Source of the DNA: Haliotis cracherodii
Lineage: Eukaryota
Reading direction: 5' to 3'
Length of the DNA: 64,000 bases
Assembly (NCBI RefSeq): GCF_022045235.1
Contig: NW_027266286.1
Span: forward strand, 1,255,856 to 1,319,855
Made by a program: the position numbers and the translations under genes. The notes beneath the pieces were generated by a model. That model had not been told where the DNA came from. It searched no databases and saw only the letters and a list, made by a program, of their open reading frames with translations. This document shows, one piece after another, positions 61,998-64,000 of this stretch (its first letter is position 1; each line of letters begins with the position of its first letter).

Positions 61998-62018
61998 ATG
62001 ACTAGTGACGACACAACG
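61998..62018 (+). CDS. Ashwin-like gene, first coding exon (MTSDDTT) followed by donor gtgagt at 62019.
   Basis: ATG with A at -3, immediately followed by a consensus GTGAGT donor. Phase 0 matches the next exon. Confidence 0.5.
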
Positions 62019-62139
62019 GTGAGTTTTTTTTAATCAGTACTGAAAATAGATCTTGTAGAAAAATGCATTATGGTCATACTGCTTTTTATAGAATAATATA
62101 ATAGTATAGTATGTTGGTTTTAATAAAATATTGGGGGTG

Positions 62140-62285
62140 GTGGGGTCGTGGTTGAAGCGTTCACGTGCCAGGCCAAGGATCCGGGTTCGATTCCCCACAT
62201 GGGTACAATGTGTGAAGCCCATTTTCTGGTGTCCCCTATATTGCTGGAATATTGCTAAAACTAACTCACTCACTCACTAATAAAA
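62140..62285 (+). mobile_element. SINE family A copy, sense on plus with (ACTC)n tail, in ashwin-like intron 1.
   Basis: Sequence identity to the other family A copies. Confidence 0.75.
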
Positions 62286-62508
62286 TATTGACAAAGGCTA
62301 ACAACCCAACAATGACAGTTGACAGCTTTGAAAAGGCCTTGAATTATAGTGTTCCATATCTGTTTGAACCTTGTATTAATATGTGTCATGATCAACACGG
62401 TCAAAGTTAAAGTGAGTATGATCATTTAGGACAAATAAGTTAAATGGACAGTAAATCTCTGTTGCTGCTCCTGAATCAGATGTAATGGAGTCATGATGTG
62501 TTGTACAG

Positions 62509-62703
62509 AGGTACATCCAGATCCCAGACCTGCAGAGTCTGGACAAGGAAGAACTCCTCCAGCTCTACTACAAGTACATCCTGCCACTCCCCCAACGCCG
62601 CTACCGCCAGAACCGTCGTGGACGTGACCTCACCAAGAAACAGGTCCTTATGGCCAAGAAGAGACGCATCACAGCACCTGACATGGATGAACCTCCTCTA
62701 AAG
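62509..62703 (+). CDS. Ashwin-like exon 2 (RYIQIPDLQSLDKEELLQLYYKYILPLPQRRYRQNRRGRDLTKKQVLMAKKRRITAPDMDEPPLK).
   Basis: Acceptor ttgtacag|AGG, donor AAG|gtatgt. Resembles vertebrate ashwin (C2orf49 family): LLHPELLSQEFLLLTL...LYVQHAIPLPQRDLPK..WGKMMEKKRE. Confidence 0.7.
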
Positions 62704-62924
62704 TATGTCATCTTACTTATGTTACATCTTCACGATATTGCTGCAATACTGCTGATGTGATGTTAAATCTTATTTCCCTCACCGCTTATATTATGTCAAC
62801 TTGAGCTGAGATTCTGTTGGTTTCCTTACCTGGGTAACCATGGTTACAGAAGCTTAAGCCTTATCATATGTATGATTCACTGTTCAGTTTTCAGTCATTA
62901 GTTTGTCATGTTGCGTGGAGAGTT

Positions 62925-63140
62925 GAGTCCCAGTCAGTGATGAGTTGAGTCCAGTCAGTGATGAGTTGAGTTCCAGGCAGTGATGAGTTGAGTCCAGCCA
63001 GTGATGAGTTGAGTCCAGCCAGTGATGAGTTGAGTCCAGTCAGTGATGAGATGAGTCCAGTCTGTGATGAGATTGGTCCAGTCAGTGATGAGTTGAGTCC
63101 AGTCAGTGATGAGTTGAGTTCAGTCAGTGATGAGTTGAGT
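62925..63140. repeat. 21-bp minisatellite, about 10 units (cagtgatgagttgagtccagt), in ashwin-like intron 2.
   Basis: Direct periodicity. Confidence 0.9.
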
Positions 63141-63224
63141 TCCAGAGTTTAAATATTGCAAACCAGAGCAATGTTTTGGTCATATGTTATGTTTAAGTAC
63201 CTGTTCCCAATTGTGTTCTGGAGG

Positions 63225-63370
63225 GTTGGTGGGATAGCCTAGTGGTTTAGCATTTGCTTGTTGCGTCGAAGACCCGGGTTCGATTCCCCACATGGGTCCA
63301 ATGTGTGAAGCCCATTTCTGGTGTCCCCAATTATTACTGGAATGTTGCTAAAAGCAGTGTAAAATCATAC
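63225..63370 (+). mobile_element. SINE family A copy, sense on plus, in ashwin-like intron 2.
   Basis: Sequence identity to the other family A copies. Confidence 0.75.
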
Positions 63371-63446
63371 ACACTTGTGTTCTGGAAATATCATTACGGA
63401 CTATTACAATATTTATGTTCATAATCTCCTGTATTTCAGAAAACAG

Positions 63447-63827
63447 AACATGGATGGGTCAGATTCCTCGTCTTCTCGTTTCTTGACATCCTTCAGTGAT
63501 CCCAGCAAGGGAGGCGGTGACCGTCTGAAGCCGCCACCATCTTGTATTGATACGAGTAGGAAGGTTATCAAACTCGGGTCAGGGTCCAAGTCCACCACGC
63601 CAGCTTCCCCAACCAAGTCAACATCTCAAGACGTTTCCACTCTGTCCAAGAAGATTGTGAAAATCACAATGTCTGCCACATCAGATTCTGAAGAAAAGAA
63701 ACAAAGTAGAAATAGTACTATTAAGTTAATTAACAAACATTTAGAGTCCCCGAGTCAGGGGAAGCTCTCAAAGGTGGAGGAGAATGGAGATGTTGAAATG
63801 AAGGATGTACAGGATGATAAAACCAAG
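63447..63827 (+). CDS. Ashwin-like exon 3 (NMDGSDSSSSRFLTSFSDPSKGGGDRLKPPPSCIDTSRKV...KDVQDDKTK). The gene continues past the window end.
   Basis: Acceptor ttcagaaaacag|AAC. A second AG lies 8 nt upstream at 63438-63439, but only this one keeps the frame. Donor AAG|gtaacc. NDRLKPPP matches human ashwin NDRLKPPPQASF. Confidence 0.7.
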
Positions 63828-64000
63828 GTAACCATGGTAACATAGCTGGAATGTAATATTAATACAAGTCCGATTCCATGGACTGGATCAGTGTTCAAAA
63901 GTAGTAGAGTAAGATTTGTTCCAGTTGCATTTGATTTGTTTGTTTGTTTGTTGTTTAATGCTGCACTCAGCAATATTCCAGGTATATGACGGCGGTCTGT

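Overview
This is eukaryotic (metazoan, probably invertebrate) genomic DNA: intron-rich, AT-rich, full of tRNA-derived SINEs and minisatellites. It is not a prokaryotic window, so the six-frame ORF track is mostly misleading.

The dominant feature is a single ~47-kb minus-strand gene, about 4991-51954, encoding an ortholog of vault poly(ADP-ribose) polymerase PARP4. I reconstructed about 29 coding exons by splice-site inspection plus recalled domain similarity: BRCT, PARP helical/regulatory, PARP catalytic, VIT, VWA and the conserved C-terminal tail. The gene also carries one giant low-complexity exon (8271-10055) with FG-type 40-aa repeats, a polyQ run and a 120-bp coding VNTR. The C-terminal half of the model is incomplete. 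A Pro-rich/RGG/acidic/WH2-like coding block at 12298-13465 sits unplaced on the same strand inside the gene.

A second gene, ashwin-like, lies on the plus strand (61998 to the window end), head-to-head with PARP4-like. A ~10-kb spacer between them holds a 3.3-kb satellite, a gypsy-like reverse-transcriptase fragment and a tRNA-like pseudogene.

Introns contain at least 25 separate tandem-repeat arrays. They also hold several SINE families that share one conserved core, a MITE with terminal inverted repeats, and a 39-bp minisatellite seeded from a SINE tRNA-like tail. I found no novel defence-type system; the interesting items are structural and evolutionary.
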